Assembly: GCA_964016885.1 (NCBI GenBank)
Contig: OZ024740.1
Span: 52,886,001 to 52,950,000, forward strand
Length of the DNA: 64,000 nt
From: Eledone cirrhosa
Lineage: Eukaryota
Reading direction: 5' to 3'
In this document: positions 13,446-27,300 of the stretch, piece by piece
Layout of the letters: the number at the start of each line of letters is the position of its first letter
Numbering within the stretch: the first letter of the stretch is position 1
Notes under the pieces: model-generated
The model's database searches: none
What the model was told of the DNA's origin: nothing
The model's input: the letters and a program-made list of their open reading frames with translations, nothing else
Program-made: the position numbers and the translations under genes

Positions 13446-13494
13446 AGTATTACCGGTTTCGATGTATTATTAAAATTCATCTTATCAAATGTTG
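13446..13494 (-). ncRNA. Hammerhead-like motif, U3-A8 core, weak stem I
   Basis: Minus strand: cat TTGATAA gatg...catc GAAA CCGG TA atac; palindromic ACCGGT stem III. Confidence 0.55.
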
Positions 13495-13578
13495 AGTGTT
13501 GAAATAAAAAATTTAAAAGAATTAATTGGAGTTAAAAACTAAAAATTTAAGATTTAAAATTAAAATCATATTTTGGAG

Positions 13579-13612
<34 letters not shown>

Positions 13613-13844
13613 AACACACACATATATTTCTGTATTTATCGTTGTCTTGTTATAACCAGTGCCTGCTTCGGTCGTTTGTTTTGGTGTCACACTTTATAAC
13701 TGTTGTTTAAGTCAGGACTTAATTTTTTTGTTTTTAACTTTTGATCCATTGAATGCTCTGTGATTGCCTCAAACAAATCGAATAGTACTTGTTGTTCAAC
13801 AGCTAAACTTCGATTTACAATTATATATATTGTATATATATATT

Positions 13845-14046
13845 AAAAAGTGAGGTTTTTTTTACAAAATGAAAAATAACCGAGGTGTCCTACACGAGTG
13901 AATGTATAAAGAAAAAGAGATGAAATCGAAAATGCAACTGGAGTCTTATTTTTTTTAAAAATATATATATTTATTTGGTTCCTTTACCGGTTTCGCAGTT
14001 CTTCTGCTTTTCAAAAGGTGAGTTGAGATGGAGGATCTGTGGTTTT

Positions 14047-14050
<4 letters not shown>
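13845..14050 (-). mobile_element. Extra fragment of the Neptune-type pLTR
   Basis: Direct match to about 9880-10083. Confidence 0.85.
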
Positions 14051-14130
<80 letters not shown>

Positions 14131-16501
14131 TGAAATATAGAGATTTTAGGTTTAAGGGGCCATTTGAGGAATCTAGGCTTTATTGGATCATGCTCGTCCG
14201 TCGCATACTGGCTTTAGTCTACTATATCTTATTGAGTGCATTCCAAGCAACTTCGTTATAAAGGTGTCCTTTTCTCGCTTTCAAAAGGGGTATATGTGCA
14301 CTTTTTCAAATAAATACATTCTGGCATATTTATTATGGACCAAAGCATAACAAATAGATTTTAGTTAATTAATATTGTTTAACATGACAATAACTGGACT
14401 TGTTGTGTATCTATGTACGCACGAACACAAAACCATAAAAGATACTTAGTTGGTGTGAGATTTGGAAAACGAGCAACGCTTTATTTTCCCATGGTCAATG
14501 TGTTAATTACTGCCCAGTATATTTAGACGATTACACGGTTTCGTTTGAAATTTATGAAAAACAAAATTTATAATGTAGCTGGATATCGAAATGTGATCGG
14601 AGGGAAGTTAAGAAATTCCTCTAAGGGTCACTGAAGAGCTCAGTTTCATAGAGAGAGGTTTAGTAACCATAGTGTTATACCAAAGAACGAACGACGTTGT
14701 CTACACGGTTGCTCGACCAGAGAGAAAAAGCAAATAATTTCCCTAAAAATAACACCGTACCGTCTTGTAAAAGGAAGGAGTCATTGGAAAATGTAGTCAT
14801 TGATACGAGATAGTTTCAGCTGAAACGCTTTTGCTCATAGCATTAACCCGAGACTAAACAACAATATGAATTATTGATCGCTGCAATCGCTATGGACGAT
14901 CTTCAACAGACTGCCAATTTCTTAATTTATATTATTTTTTTTTAAATGAAAATTTCCTACTATTTTTTCAGTTATCATCTAAAGCATCGTCTCCGTGCAG
15001 TGTATCAAGAGCATTTCTCTCCCGGAGTATTGACTACTGTTGAAAATGGCAAATAGGAACAGTAAGATTCTATTTATTGTGCTCGTACATCTATTACATA
15101 ATAAAAGCGTTTATGGACCCATTTATTATATTTAAAAAATAGTCGTTTTGGAAACCTCAACAATGCAGATGGGTAAATCTCCGGGTAACAAAATCAGGTG
15201 GTATTGAGAGAGGGAGAAGTAGGAGGAAGCGTAGAAAGAGACTTAGAGAGTGTAAAAGAACGCAAGAAAGGTGTAAAAAATAACAAGAGATTTGGAAGCG
15301 ATTTAATAGTCCCTATATTTCGGATTTCACATCCATCAACAGGGGGGTTTTCCGGGGTGAAAGAGTTGTGTCGGAGAAGCACATATATTATATGTTTATG
15401 TATAATAACCATATAGTCTTGCTGTGAGTATTTTAATCTAGACAATTGATCATATGTATGTATGGACTTGTAACTCCTAAGGGAGTCGTAGGGTGGTTGT
15501 ATTGACATACGGCGTTTCAGATTTCTTCCAGAGAAGGATAGAGAGTGAGAGGGTGGAAGTAAGAAAGAGATATAGAGGAAGAATCGACCCCAGTACTGGA
15601 CTGGTACATTTGTATCGACATCGAATGGATGAAAGACAATGTTGACCTCGGCGGGATTTGAACTCAGAGTGCAACAGACGGCCCGCGAGTCTCAATCCGG
15701 CCTGCCAGACCAGTCAGAGTAGCCCGTGATGAGAGTTTTTAACTTTTACCTTGTAGGCTTATTTAGAACTTTTTTCGTAACCGTAATACAATTTTCTCTT
15801 AGTTGACCTATACTAAAGGGCTTCACTGATAGGGTTATGTGTGTTATAATTTCCCAGTTCCTTGTTATGGAATGGAGTTGTGTTGAATCTTTGGAATAGT
15901 GATTTTCATTAGATTACATATTTTTGACAGTGACTGGCCCTAATAGTTATACCAATATTCAACAGTGGCCCGCCAATAGAATATGTTGCACACCGCTGAT
16001 ATATATAATAGCTGTATGCATCTGCTCGTGTACATGTGCATGTAGCATGGTCGAGTGGTTAATAATTTCGCTTTGAAATCATGAGGCCTCGGGTTCGATT
16101 TCATTGTATGTTGATCAATCAACTGAATACTTATTGCATGGGTGCATGTGTATGTGTACCCACGACTGTTCGTTCAATTATCGCTATGGGAAATGGATTT
16201 GATCTTAAAACTAAATTATGTATCAGTTATGAAATAAATCACTCTGATGTCAATAACTCAGAGACGCAATCAGCACGAAAAAGAATAGTTAAATCAGTGT
16301 TAACATATTTAATGTAGCGAGCACCATTAATCTAATTCGAAAAATACGTATGTGACGAGGAAAAAGTAACATTAACTTTATGAATAACATTTTTAATAAT
16401 GAGTATTGGGAAGCCGGTTCAATGTGAATAGGAAATATAAAGATGGCACTAGAGGTGTGTACAATAAGAACGACAAAGCAAGGCAATATTTTATTCTATA
16501 T

Positions 16502-16687
16502 AGATTGGCTGTATCGGTAGAGGGTCGGACGCCATGCTTTACACAATAGAGTTACAGCCCCTTACGGTCTGAGTTCAAATTAAGCCGAGGTTAACTTTGC
16601 CTTTCATCCTTACGGGGTCGATAAAATAAAGTACCAGTAATGCACTGGGATAATTGCTGGCCTTGTGCCAAAAGTAGAAACAATTAT
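16502..16687 (+). mobile_element. tRNA-derived SINE
   Basis: A-box TGGCTGTATCGG, B-box GAGTTCAAAT, conserved body and tail. Confidence 0.9.
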
Positions 16688-17324
16688 TTGATATTTCAAG
16701 GTTATGACCTCCTTTTCAAATGAACGAAGAAAAACGGAGCCTCCTGTTCCAACAAACTTTTCCTTTGTTACATTGCCTGTGGAGCGGTTCTGGTTTATTA
16801 GTTAGAAATCTAATGGTGTTCAATAAGGCTCCTCCACTTAAATATTTAAATTTCAAATTAGCTAGTAGCCTACATTTTGTAAAGAATAGTAACGTACCGT
16901 ACTGAAAATAGCGTAATTAGCTATACGTAGCCCAATTCGCTAACCCTGGTGGAGTTGAACTTAATACATTGAAACACCCAATAACACTTTGTAGTTATTA
17001 GTAGTCTTAATTCTCTTCAATTTGCTATTGTCCCGGAGTATTTGTTTATTTTCATAATATATACTTCTGTATAGTTGATCAGTTTCATGTAGAATTGCTA
17101 AAAAAATATGGCGTGTTTCATATAGAACGAGGTGAGTAGCTATGGAGACTTTACCAATGTCAAAATAGAAAACAGAAATCTATAAAGAGATAGAGCGTAT
17201 GTGAAATTAACTATGAACACTTCCCGTTTAATAATTTTTTTTAATTGGGCGTTGAAGATTTTGTTAATAAACCCACGACACTTTGCGATTACTGTGAAAC
17301 ACGGGAACAACATCTTAGTACTAC

Positions 17325-17378
17325 AGTCAATCTTATTCAGATGAGGACGCTGTGAAGATCTAGAAACGTTAATAGACT
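17325..17378 (+). ncRNA. Minimal hammerhead-like motif with CAGAUGA core
   Basis: agtc-aatct-tatt CAGATGA gga...tcta GAAA CG TT aata-gact; ACGT palindromic stem III. Confidence 0.5.
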
Positions 17379-17495
17379 TATAGATGTAGGAATGTTATTG
17401 TTCTAAATCAAACATAAAGAACGACTAAGGGAATATGAGAAGCCTTTGATAAAAAGATCAAACTTCAACACAATTGTGTTTTTAATATAATATAT

Positions 17496-17672
17496 TGTAC
17501 CAGAGTTTTCAAGTCGCTGGCTGGACTAAAAAGTCACACTCGTTCAGCGCATCCGTAGGGGTTCTCCTACATGGATATAAAGTAGTGGCCGTACTCGAAA
17601 ACGAGTTGGCAGCCACCATGTATGTATGTATGTATGTATGTATGTATGTATGTATGTATGTATGTATGTATG
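17496..17672 (+). mobile_element. 5'-truncated non-autonomous RTE-type element with (ATGT)n tail
   Basis: Near-identical to the 3' ends at 19344-19480 and 19967-20100. Confidence 0.85.
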
Positions 17673-18772
17673 TTTTCTCTTTCTCTTAATGTCGAGTATA
17701 TTTTTTTGACCGGCCACCTTCCTGGTGGCAAGGTTGTAAAAGAAAAGAAATTGTCATCCCTTGAATCGCAAGAATGTTTTGCAAATTTTGAAGGTGCCAG
17801 CTATCGCAGCCATTTGTAGACTATGAATTAGGGAGCTGCGCTTTTTGTCCGCAAATCCAAGTTCAGTCATACTTTGGTCCAAGCGGGTTGGTATATAACC
17901 TGTAGCACCAATAATGATGGGTATGAAGCTAAAGGTGTATCTTGGATACTGGATTTGTAAACTCCTCATCAATAGTCCGTAGATGTCCTCCTTCTCCTGT
18001 ATTTTTCTGACAGCGTTTACATCAAGTGGGCAGCTGATCTCCACAACAGAACACGTTTTCAATGTGTGGTCCCAAACTACAATATCAGGCCGGTTGTGCT
18101 TTAATTTGGTGGCAGTTTTTATTTTCAGGTTCCACCAGTATTCCTTAGTGCCATCTGTCTCAATATATTCTTCCTCATTTGTTGTTAATTTTGTTTTCCG
18201 AAGTGCGTTCCAGATGGTTCTAGCTATCCCATCGTGTCTCATGGGGAAGTAGTAGCGAGATGACATTCTTTCGCAGCTGGCAACAATGTGGCTTACATCC
18301 TCGATCTTTGTTTTACATAGCCTACATTTATTGTCAGTTGCTGTCCCCCCTCTTTTGTGCAGCAGATATTTGGTAGGGAGTTCTTGTTCCTGTATTGCAT
18401 AGAGATATCCCTCAAGGTGTGATGTCATAAACTTGTCGGAACTCCATGCCAGGCTTTTTGAGTGGTTTATCGCCTCTATGGTCTGTGTTTTACGCCTCAA
18501 GTATCCATGCACAACTTTTTCTGTAAATTGGTCAATTTTTTTATCTTGTTTGAACATTGAATAGGATCTTCCGATTTCTCTGGGTGAGAGATTTATATCA
18601 GGCTTTATTCCATATCTCTCCTCCAGATCAGTCGCTATTCTAATGATATTTCTTTTTTCATGCTCATAAACCTGGGCAAGATGGTTGCTAACCTTTTTCC
18701 TCTGTTGAAGGTGTTGCTTCAGTGTTACTATCCGGGTCTCATATGTTGTTAATATTGATTTTAGACCCCGGC
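17673..18772 (-). mobile_element. 5'-truncated R4/Dong-like RLE-type non-LTR retrotransposon
   Basis: ORF 17754-18557: CRLC..EDVSHIVASC zinc knuckle, RHD, RPDIVV...VVEISCP restriction-like endonuclease; flanked on both sides by (TATG)n. Clade assignment is from motif recall. Confidence 0.85.
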
Positions 18773-18855
18773 CATGTATGTATGTATGTATGTATGTATG
18801 TATGTATGTATGTATGTATGTATGTATGTATGTATGTATGTATGTATGTATCAGT

Positions 18856-20100
18856 TGTCAGGTCACCAGTTGGTGCTACTGGTAACATGTATCCCAGTAC
18901 AACCTGTCTCATGGTCGGGTCGTTGGCGACTAAACTGGCAACCCCACCAAGGTTTCTTGGTGAGGAGGGTGACTTTGGACATCCTGCAGGACTAAAAACA
19001 AAACCTGTCAAAGGGCAAAGGAGCTCTTAAGAGTCAATGGCCATCTAAAATCACCGGGAGAGATGACCCCTTAGCCTTTGTCAAGGCAGAATTCTAGGAG
19101 AAGGAAAACTCTGATATAATACCTGCAACCCTGATGGTATCCAATGATGTTGACTTGTTCTTCTTTTTGGTAAATATCATCTTGGTTAAGAGAGTGGGAC
19201 TGGCTTTGTGCAGTGCCTTTGCTCACTATAAAAGCTTCACGGCACAGGCATTGCTTTATATCTGGAGATCTCTCTGCACTTGTCGTCACATGGTACCATG
19301 GGCCCAGCACTATGTGTCAATAATTGTCACAGGTGTAGTGTTTGTACCAGAGTTTTCAAGTCGCTGGCTGGACTAAAAAGTCACTCGTTCAGCGCATCGG
19401 TAGGGGTTCTCCTACATGGATATAAAGTAGTGGCCGTACTCGAAAACGAGTTGGCAGCCACCATGTATGTATGTATGTATGTCAGGTCACCAGTTGGTGC
19501 TACTAGTAACATGTACCCCAGTACAACCTGTCTCATGGTCGGGTCGTTGGCGACTAAACTGGCAACCCCACCAAGGTTTCTTGGTGAGGAGGGTGACTTT
19601 GGACAATCCTGCAGGACTAAAAACAAAACCTGTCAAAGGGCAAAGGAGCTCTTAAGAGTCAATGGTCATCCAAAATCACCGGGAGAGATGACCCCTTAGC
19701 CTTTGTCAAGGTAGAATTCTAGGAGAAGGAAAACTCTGATATAACACCTGCAACCCTGATGGTATCCAATGATGTTGACTTGTTCTTCTTTTTGGTAAAT
19801 ATCATCTTGGTTAAGAGAGTGGGACTGGCTTTGTGCAGTGCCTTTGCTCACTATAAAAGCTTCACGGCACAGGCATTGCTTTATATCGGGAGATCTCTTT
19901 ACACTTGTCGTCACATGGTACATGGGCCCAGCACTATGTGTCAATAATTGTCACAAGTGTAATGTTTGTACCAGAGTTTTCAAGTCGCTGGCTGGACTAA
20001 AAAGTCACACTCGTTCAGCGCATCGGTAGGGGTTCTCCTACATGGATATAAAGTAGTGGCCGTACTCGAAAACTAGTTGGCAGCCACCATGTATGTATGT
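18856..20100 (+). mobile_element. Two head-to-tail ~620-bp bipartite non-autonomous RTE elements
   Basis: Near-identical units 18856-19480 and 19481-20100; 3' part encodes CNVCTRVFKSLAGLKSHTRSAH (C2H2, RTE C-terminal type); (ATGT)n tails. Confidence 0.8.
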
Positions 20101-20175
20101 ATATATATGTCGTATGTATGCATGCATGTATGTATGTATCTATGTATGTATGTACGTATGTATATATATGTCGTA

Positions 20176-20431
20176 TGTCAGGTCGCTCTCGAGTGCTACT
20201 AGTAACATGTAAACCAGTACAACCTGTCGCATGGTCGGGTCATCGGCTACTAAACCGGCAACCCCACCAAGGTTACTTGGTGAGGAGGGTGATTTTGGAC
20301 ACCCTGCAGGACAAAAAACAAAACCTGACAAAGGGTAGAAGAACTCGTAAGAATCAACGGCCATCCAAAAATGTGTACATATGTATATACATGTATGCAT
20401 GTGTATATACGTATATATATATATATATAAA

Positions 20432-20499
<68 letters not shown>

Positions 20500-20905
20500 G
20501 TATACATATATATGTATGTGTGTGTGTGTTTCTTCGTGTATCTATGTATATGCGCGGGAACATAGAAATAATTGGGCTGGATACACGATCGTGCGTTTAA
20601 ACCACTGGGAGTGAAGGACCCCTAGCCTTTGTCAGGGCATTTTCTAGGAGAAGGCAACTCAGGAAACTGGGATAACTCCGACATAAATCAGTAGTTACCG
20701 ATGATGTTGATCGTTTCTTCTTTTCGGGTTATAGCTACTGTCGCCCAGAGAGTGGGATTAGCTCAGTGCTCAGTCTTTCCTCACTTTAAAAAAAATATTC
20801 ACGCACAGACATTGCACGATAGCATTAATTGATAATTATTAATAATGTTATATCGTGCAATGGCCATACTCGATAACGAGGGGGCAGCCAACATGTATTT
20901 ATGCA
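20176..20905 (+). mobile_element. Diverged relatives of the bipartite RTE element, split by a (TA)n-rich segment
   Basis: 20176-20372 matches the 5' head; 20615-20900 matches the middle and the 3' end (ggccatactcga...ggcagccaacatg). Confidence 0.7.
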
Positions 20906-20954
20906 TGTATGTATATATATATATAGTTATGTAATAAACAACATAAGGCAATTA

Positions 20955-21015
20955 TTTCATTTACCAGTGGTTTCTTAAAAGCAAAAAAATTTTGCTTTCA
21001 ATCATCAGAATGAAA
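20955..21015 (-). ncRNA. Type I hammerhead ribozyme motif (intact)
   Basis: Minus strand: tttcatt CTGATGA ttgaaagcaa...ttgcttttaa GAAA cca-c-tgg TA aatgaaa; all three stems pair. Confidence 0.88.
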
Positions 21016-21074
21016 AAGTCCTGGCGTATTTATTGACGTTGGATTTTAAAAACCAACGTCAATAAATACGCCAG

Positions 21075-21135
21075 GATTTTCTGATGATTGAAAGCAACAT
21101 TTTTTTGCTTTTAAGAAACGACTGGTAAATGAAAT
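21075..21135 (+). ncRNA. Hammerhead motif, damaged copy
   Basis: Same motif with a stem I deletion and a C>G change in stem III. Confidence 0.6.
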
Positions 21136-21227
21136 AATTGCCTTATGTTGTTTATTACATAACTATTAAGCTCTGTTACCTACATAGAGCACTCTTTTCT
21201 CCCGGACTTTTCCGACGGAATTACCTC

Positions 21228-21340
<113 letters not shown>

Positions 21341-21575
21341 TACACATATATGAATATATTGATGTATGCAATTACCTTATCTCTGGTGTTAAGAAAATGG
21401 TTACTCAAGCCAATTTATTGATAATTCTTTTGTTTTCCAACTCAAGAATGAATGCATGATGTTTTCTATAAATACTTCCTTTGTCTCGTTGGAACTTCAT
21501 TTATTTATTTTGTATTCGATGTTCAACTTCCATTTAGTTTGCTATATATGAAGTTAGTTTTAATCTCTTAGGGTA

Positions 21576-21900
<325 letters not shown>

Positions 21901-22289
21901 ACTTGCTAATCATATATATATATATGTATATGGTATTGGTTTCATTAAGCCATTTTATATATTTTATCCTATACTTCACTCCCACTAGCTAACACTTTTG
22001 CTTTGTATACAGAAGGAAGGCAGCGCATTCATTCTTAACGAGTATATACATATCAACAGAAAACATTAATTGCGGTGTTCGTATGGATTCTAACGGGTTT
22101 CTTACTTGGAGGCTCCCATTTTCTACATAAGCCTCCTTAGGGAGCAAAGCTTTTTATATACTCCGAGAGTTTTCCGGCCTTGCATTAAAGTTTTAGAATC
22201 TCACATCACATTATAATTACTTTGTTCGCTTGCATACTCACGGCTTCCGAATTACCCATGCCCGCTCCGTAGCCCCTCTTTTCTATTCT

Positions 22290-22292
22290 GTC

Positions 22293-22327
<35 letters not shown>

Positions 22328-22429
22328 CATCTTTGATTATTTGTTTATTTTTCCTACTTGTTGTTGCTGCTGCTGTCATCGTTGTAGTGGTGTTTGTTGT
22401 TGTTGTTGTTGTCATCGTCGTCGTCGTCG

Positions 22430-22467
<38 letters not shown>

Positions 22468-22548
22468 CTTCTTCTTCTTCTTCTTCTTAGTAGTAGTAGT
22501 AGTATACTCCCAAATATATATGTATATATATACACATATATAACACAT

Positions 22549-22614
<66 letters not shown>

Positions 22615-22660
22615 CACACACATGCACGCACCCATACACTCGCGCACACACACATTCTCA
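22290..22660. repeat. Compound microsatellite (TTTC)n, (GTT/GTC/CTT/AGT)n, (CA)n
   Basis: Directly visible; explains the poly-V/T/N ORFs. Confidence 0.95.
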
Positions 22661-22907
22661 CGTCTATATGTATATATATTTCTGAGTTCAAATCTTAAAC
22701 CTCATACTTATTTCTTCACACTTCTGATGTCAATGAAATATATACTGGTAATATACTCAAATCAATCCAATTCCTTTAATTCGTTATAGGTAACTTTTGA
22801 ATCTACTTGGTACAGTTGTGTATAGTCCACTTTGAAGTTACGTCGTTCCGAGCTCAATCTCACTACATGATACTTTCTGTAAGTATCTTTTAGCGTAGCT
22901 CAGCCTC

Positions 22908-23092
22908 GTGAATTGGCAGTATCGGTAGAGGGTCGGACGCCATGCTTTCCAACATAGTTACGTCCCTTTACGGTCTGAGTTCAAATCCCGTCGAGGTTAA
23001 CTTTGCCTTTCATCCTTACCGGGTCGATAAAATAAAGTACCAGTAATGAACTGGGCAATTGCTGGCCTTGTGCCAAAAGTAGAAACAATTAT
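22908..23092 (+). mobile_element. tRNA-derived SINE
   Basis: Major family consensus. Confidence 0.9.
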
Positions 23093-23201
23093 TAGTTTAC
23101 TAGTGGAATTTACTAGATGAAGCACGTCACACACACACCACACACACACACACACACCACACACACACACACATTCATTCATTTTATTAAGGCTAAATAA
23201 T

Positions 23202-23415
23202 GGTTTCTACTATAGACACGAGGCCAGCAGTTTGGGAGGAGGGGAAAGTCGAATAAATCGACCCAGTGCGTGACTGGTACTTTATTTTATCGAGCCCGTA
23301 AGGATGAAAGGCAAAGTTAACCTCGGCAGGATTTGAACTCAGACCGTAAAGGGACGTAACTCTATGCTGCAAAGCATGGTGTCCGACCCTCTACTGATAC
23401 TGCCAATCCACCACC
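23202..23415 (-). mobile_element. tRNA-derived SINE with ~19-bp TSD, inserted into a PLE remnant
   Basis: TTATTAAGGCTAAATAATG at 23183-23201 and 23416-23434. Confidence 0.9.
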
Positions 23416-23438
23416 TTATTAAGGCTAAATAATGAGTC

Positions 23439-23485
23439 TTGTTACTCTGGAGTTTCGCCTGTTTATCTCAGTGTCATCAGACATG
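23439..23485 (-). ncRNA. Type I hammerhead ribozyme motif in an inverted PLE remnant (about 23175-23610)
   Basis: Minus strand: tgt CTGATGA cactg-agataaa-caggc GAAA ctc-ca-gag TA aca; the plus-strand arm at 23495-23550 is internally deleted. Confidence 0.75.
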
Positions 23486-23635
23486 AACAGTTTTTGTCTG
23501 ATAACCCTGTGTGTAACAAAACTCACTATTTAGCCGTAATAAAATGAATATTAAAACTCTTCTTCGGTATTGAGTACTCTTATCTCTCAGCCGTCAACCA
23601 CATACGGATATACATATATATATATTTGTGTGTGA

Positions 23636-23667
<32 letters not shown>

Positions 23668-23788
23668 TTTGTGTGTATAGATATGTAGATCCCAACTGAA
23701 ATCTGGAGTAACCACAGTTGAAAAGGTACTCAGTACTTTAGTAGAGTGTAAACATCATTATTTAATATATGAAATCATCAGGAATCCA

Positions 23789-23833
23789 TTCCTGATGATT
23801 TCATACGAATGAAACAGTTCTAGTCCTGTAGAA
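23789..23833 (+). ncRNA. Type I hammerhead ribozyme motif
   Basis: ttc CTGATGA tttc-atac-gaat GAAA cag-ttctagtc-ctg TA gaa; preceded by a short inverted copy (atgaaatcatcaggaat). Confidence 0.75.
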
Positions 23834-23856
23834 GCCATTTCTATATTATAAAATAA

Positions 23857-24043
23857 TAATTGTTTCTACTTTAGGCACAAGGCCAGCAATTACCCAGTGC
23901 ATTACTGGTACTTTATTTTATCGACCCCGTAAGGATGAAAGGCAAAGGCAACCTCGGCGGGATTTGAACTCAGATCGTAAAGGGACGTAACTATGCTGGA
24001 AAGCATGGTGTCCGACCCTCTACCGATACTGCCAATCCACCGC
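23857..24043 (-). mobile_element. tRNA-derived SINE
   Basis: Full-length reverse copy; matching flanks ctata(...)aaaataataat suggest a TSD. Confidence 0.9.
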
Positions 24044-24372
24044 CCTATAAAATAATAATAATAATTATTATAAAATAATAATAATAATGATAATAATTAT
24101 ATATATATATATGAAGAGAGAGAGAGAGAAAGAGCGAGAGAGAAAGAAAGAGATAGATTTCTTTATTTACCATAAAGGCATAAAAAGAAGGGACAAATAC
24201 AAAGGGGGAGTTTACATATAATCGAGTAAAAAGGGTGTAACATGAAAACAATCGAAAATAACCTCAAAAGGGAGGGGACGTGATGGGGGTTGCACACACC
24301 CCCGAAAAAGTGTGCAATCCTTTGCCCGGGGAGCACACGGAGAAGGTGCTCCTCTCTCCTTTACTTCTTTAC

Positions 24373-27300
24373 CTACAGGATGGTATACAGAGAAGGCCCA
24401 TTTACACGAGCCATTCTCGCCACTATCACCCACCTTTCATAAAACTGCCTGTGGCCAAGCACCTCTCTCTCCATTCTTATCCTTCTTCCGAAGTGATATC
24501 GGAAGAAGTAGACCAGACTATGGCCAGAGAGGAAGTTGCCTGACCTCAGACCTTTCAATCGTGTCCACCAAACAACCTCTTTCAACATGGCTATTACGCA
24601 CAGAAAAACCGCCTTTGCTTCCTTTGTGAAGAGGGGAGGCGGTTTGATTGTCATCACGGACTCGGCGGTCAATTTAATCGGCGCCACCCGCGACAGCAGT
24701 CGTTCGGCGTAGCCCCACAGATCAGCCACGCCCGGACATTGCACCAATGCGTGCGCAACGGTTTCTTCGTGACGCACGCATCTAGGGCAAATCTTTTTTG
24801 AGGGATCCCTGCCCGGGCGCCCGTGTCTGTAGAGCCTCTCTCGAACGGGTAGAGCCCCCCGGTAGCACTGCCAGGCCAGTGACTTCTGGAAGTTGTCCAT
24901 TGGTCCTGGGCCGAAAGTCCTACCGAACAGGCTGGCCAGTTCGTCTTCTTCCATGTCCAGCGACTCTCCAAGGGTGTCATCGCCCCTGCTAGCCACCAGC
25001 CCTCTATAGAATGATGAGGTGGATTCTCCACCGATGGCCCGGCCCGCTTGCCAGAGAGCCCTGAGCGCCTGAGCACACTCAGTGTGCCAGTCTCCCAGTT
25101 TTCCGGATCTTTGCTTGACCCAGGACTGTAGCTCGGCGAGCGAGACGAGTCTCGGAAAGGCTCGTTTCACGAACGGAGCCCACACCGGTTGACCAGTGAG
25201 GAATACCTGTAGGTGCCGTAGCCTTAATGCGTGCCTACGCATCATCAACCACGGCATCCCCAGCCCTCCTTTCGAAGGTTGTTGGCAGCAGATGGATCTT
25301 CTCACCATAGGAGGGCGCTTCTTCCAAAGAAATTGGAAGAGCATGCGTTCCATGGTGGTGAGTGTTTCCTTAGGGCAAGGCACGACAGTCAGGCGGTAGT
25401 AAGTGACGGACGCTATGTAAATGTTCGCCACCTCCGCCCGGCCTTTTAGGGACAGCTTACACTTGGCCCATTTCTGGGTTAGTGCAAACACCTTGTTCGT
25501 AACCTCGTTCCAGTTCTTTTCCACCTGGAGGTCCGGTCCAAATCAGACCCCAAGCAACTTTACCGGGCCCTCCGTCCAGTGTCCGACGACACCGTCAGGA
25601 GGCATCGGTCTGCCTCTCCACGTTCCGAGTTGCAGCCCGATGGATTTTTCCCGGTTCAGTTTCGCTCCTGACAACCTTTCGTACTCCTCCAGTAAGGTAC
25701 CGATCGCCTCGATCTCCGAGTCGGTCGATACCATTACTGTTACGTCATAGGCGTAGGCCGACACCGCTTTGCTTAATCCTGGTTCCAGGGGGATACCCTG
25801 CAACAACTCCAACTTCCTCAGTAAAGGCTCGAGAGTCAATACGTACAGAAGGGAGGAGAGAGGGCACCCCTGTCGAATGGATCGTGTGATTTCGAACGGC
25901 TTCGAAAGGTAGCCGTTCACCTTGATCATAGAACAGATGTGGTTGCTATGTAAGGCAGTTATCCAGCCTCTGAAAACAGGACCGAACCCAGCCGCCGCTA
26001 GCACCGCATCCAGGTAACCATGGTCGACCCTATCGAAGGCCTTAGACTGATCCAAGTTGATCAGGGCCCCATCGAAGCCGGGTTTGTTGCCAACCCTCTC
26101 TATGATGTATCGCATGAGGTGGAGGTTATCGTGAATGGACCTGGATGGGATAGCACATGTCTGCGCATCTCCCACCAGGCCACCCACGACAAGCGCCAAC
26201 CTCTTTGCTAACACCTTGGCCAAAATCTTTAACTCTGTGTTTAGCAGGGTTATGGGCCGAAAATTATTTATACTATCCCCCTTGTTCTCGTCCTTCCTCA
26301 CCAGCGTGACTACGCCCTTGGCTACAGAACAAGGAATTCTCCCGTTCTGCTGCCAATTGCAGTAGACCGCTTCGAGGAGTTCGGAGAAGAAGACCGGCAT
26401 TGCTAAATAAAGTTCGTAAGGTATACCATCGAGACCTGGAGATTTGCGTCTGCTGCATTGGCTCAGCGCATCTCCGATCTCATCAGCCGAGATTGGTCCC
26501 TCGCAGGACTCTGCCTCTTCGCTCGAGAGACGCGGCAGGCCGTCGAGGTATGGACCGAAATCCACGCCCCCGCCCGGACCCTCCCCTCCCCCGAACAATC
26601 GGGCAAAGTGCCTTTGAAAGGCCTCGCACATCTGCTTAGGCTCCCGGATCACCCGTCCATCTTCGTCTTGCAACGACCGGATGGTGGATCGATTTCCACT
26701 CTTAGCTTCTGTCACGCGGGCCCATCCAACGGCTTTGGCCCCCTCATTACCTAGAGCACGTATTTTACTTCGAATGACGCAGCCTTCGTGCTTTGCATCG
26801 AAAAACTGGTTCAAGGCCGTCCTCGATGCCAGCACTCTGGCTACATCTTCGCTCTTGATTGCCTCTTCTAATTTATCTGTTAATTCTTTCTCGTTTCTAT
26901 TCCTATCGGCAGCTAACATCTTGCTATAACTTATTGATTCTGTTCTAATCTTCTTTTGAGAGATGCCCACCATCGGTTGTTGACGATTGCACCCGTCAAC
27001 CTCTCCTTAACTAATCTGCTAATCCGGTTTCTGTAAGTCTCTTTTGCCGGTAAAGACAAATTAAGTTTCCAGTAACCGGGACCCTGTCTATGTGTTTTCT
27101 CGAGATTGACCACGCAGGTCACTAATTTGTGATCCGTGTAGCCAACCGTGCGCATTTCTGGACAGCTTAATATGTCCCTATCCTTACTTCTAACTAAGAA
27201 TCTATCTAAGTACGATCTAGATTGACCATTGTGGTTTCTCCAAGTCCAGGTAGGCACAGTTGGAAAATCTAGTCGATATCTATCGACCAAGTTAAAACGG

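Larger units (their letters stand above)
20923..21166. mobile_element. ~240-bp near-perfect palindrome: PLE inverted pLTR with two HHRs
   Basis: Arms meet near 21047; begins at (TA)n. Confidence 0.85.

Noticed and set aside
16502-16590. SINE heads as tRNA genes
   Set aside because: A/B boxes run into a SINE body and tail; no complete cloverleaf.
18885-18945. Possible HDV-like ribozyme in the RTE head (ccagt..acc-tgtctcat-ggt..taa-actgg)
   Set aside because: P2/P3-like pairings are visible, but I could not place a non-overlapping P1 and P1.1; needs a descriptor search.
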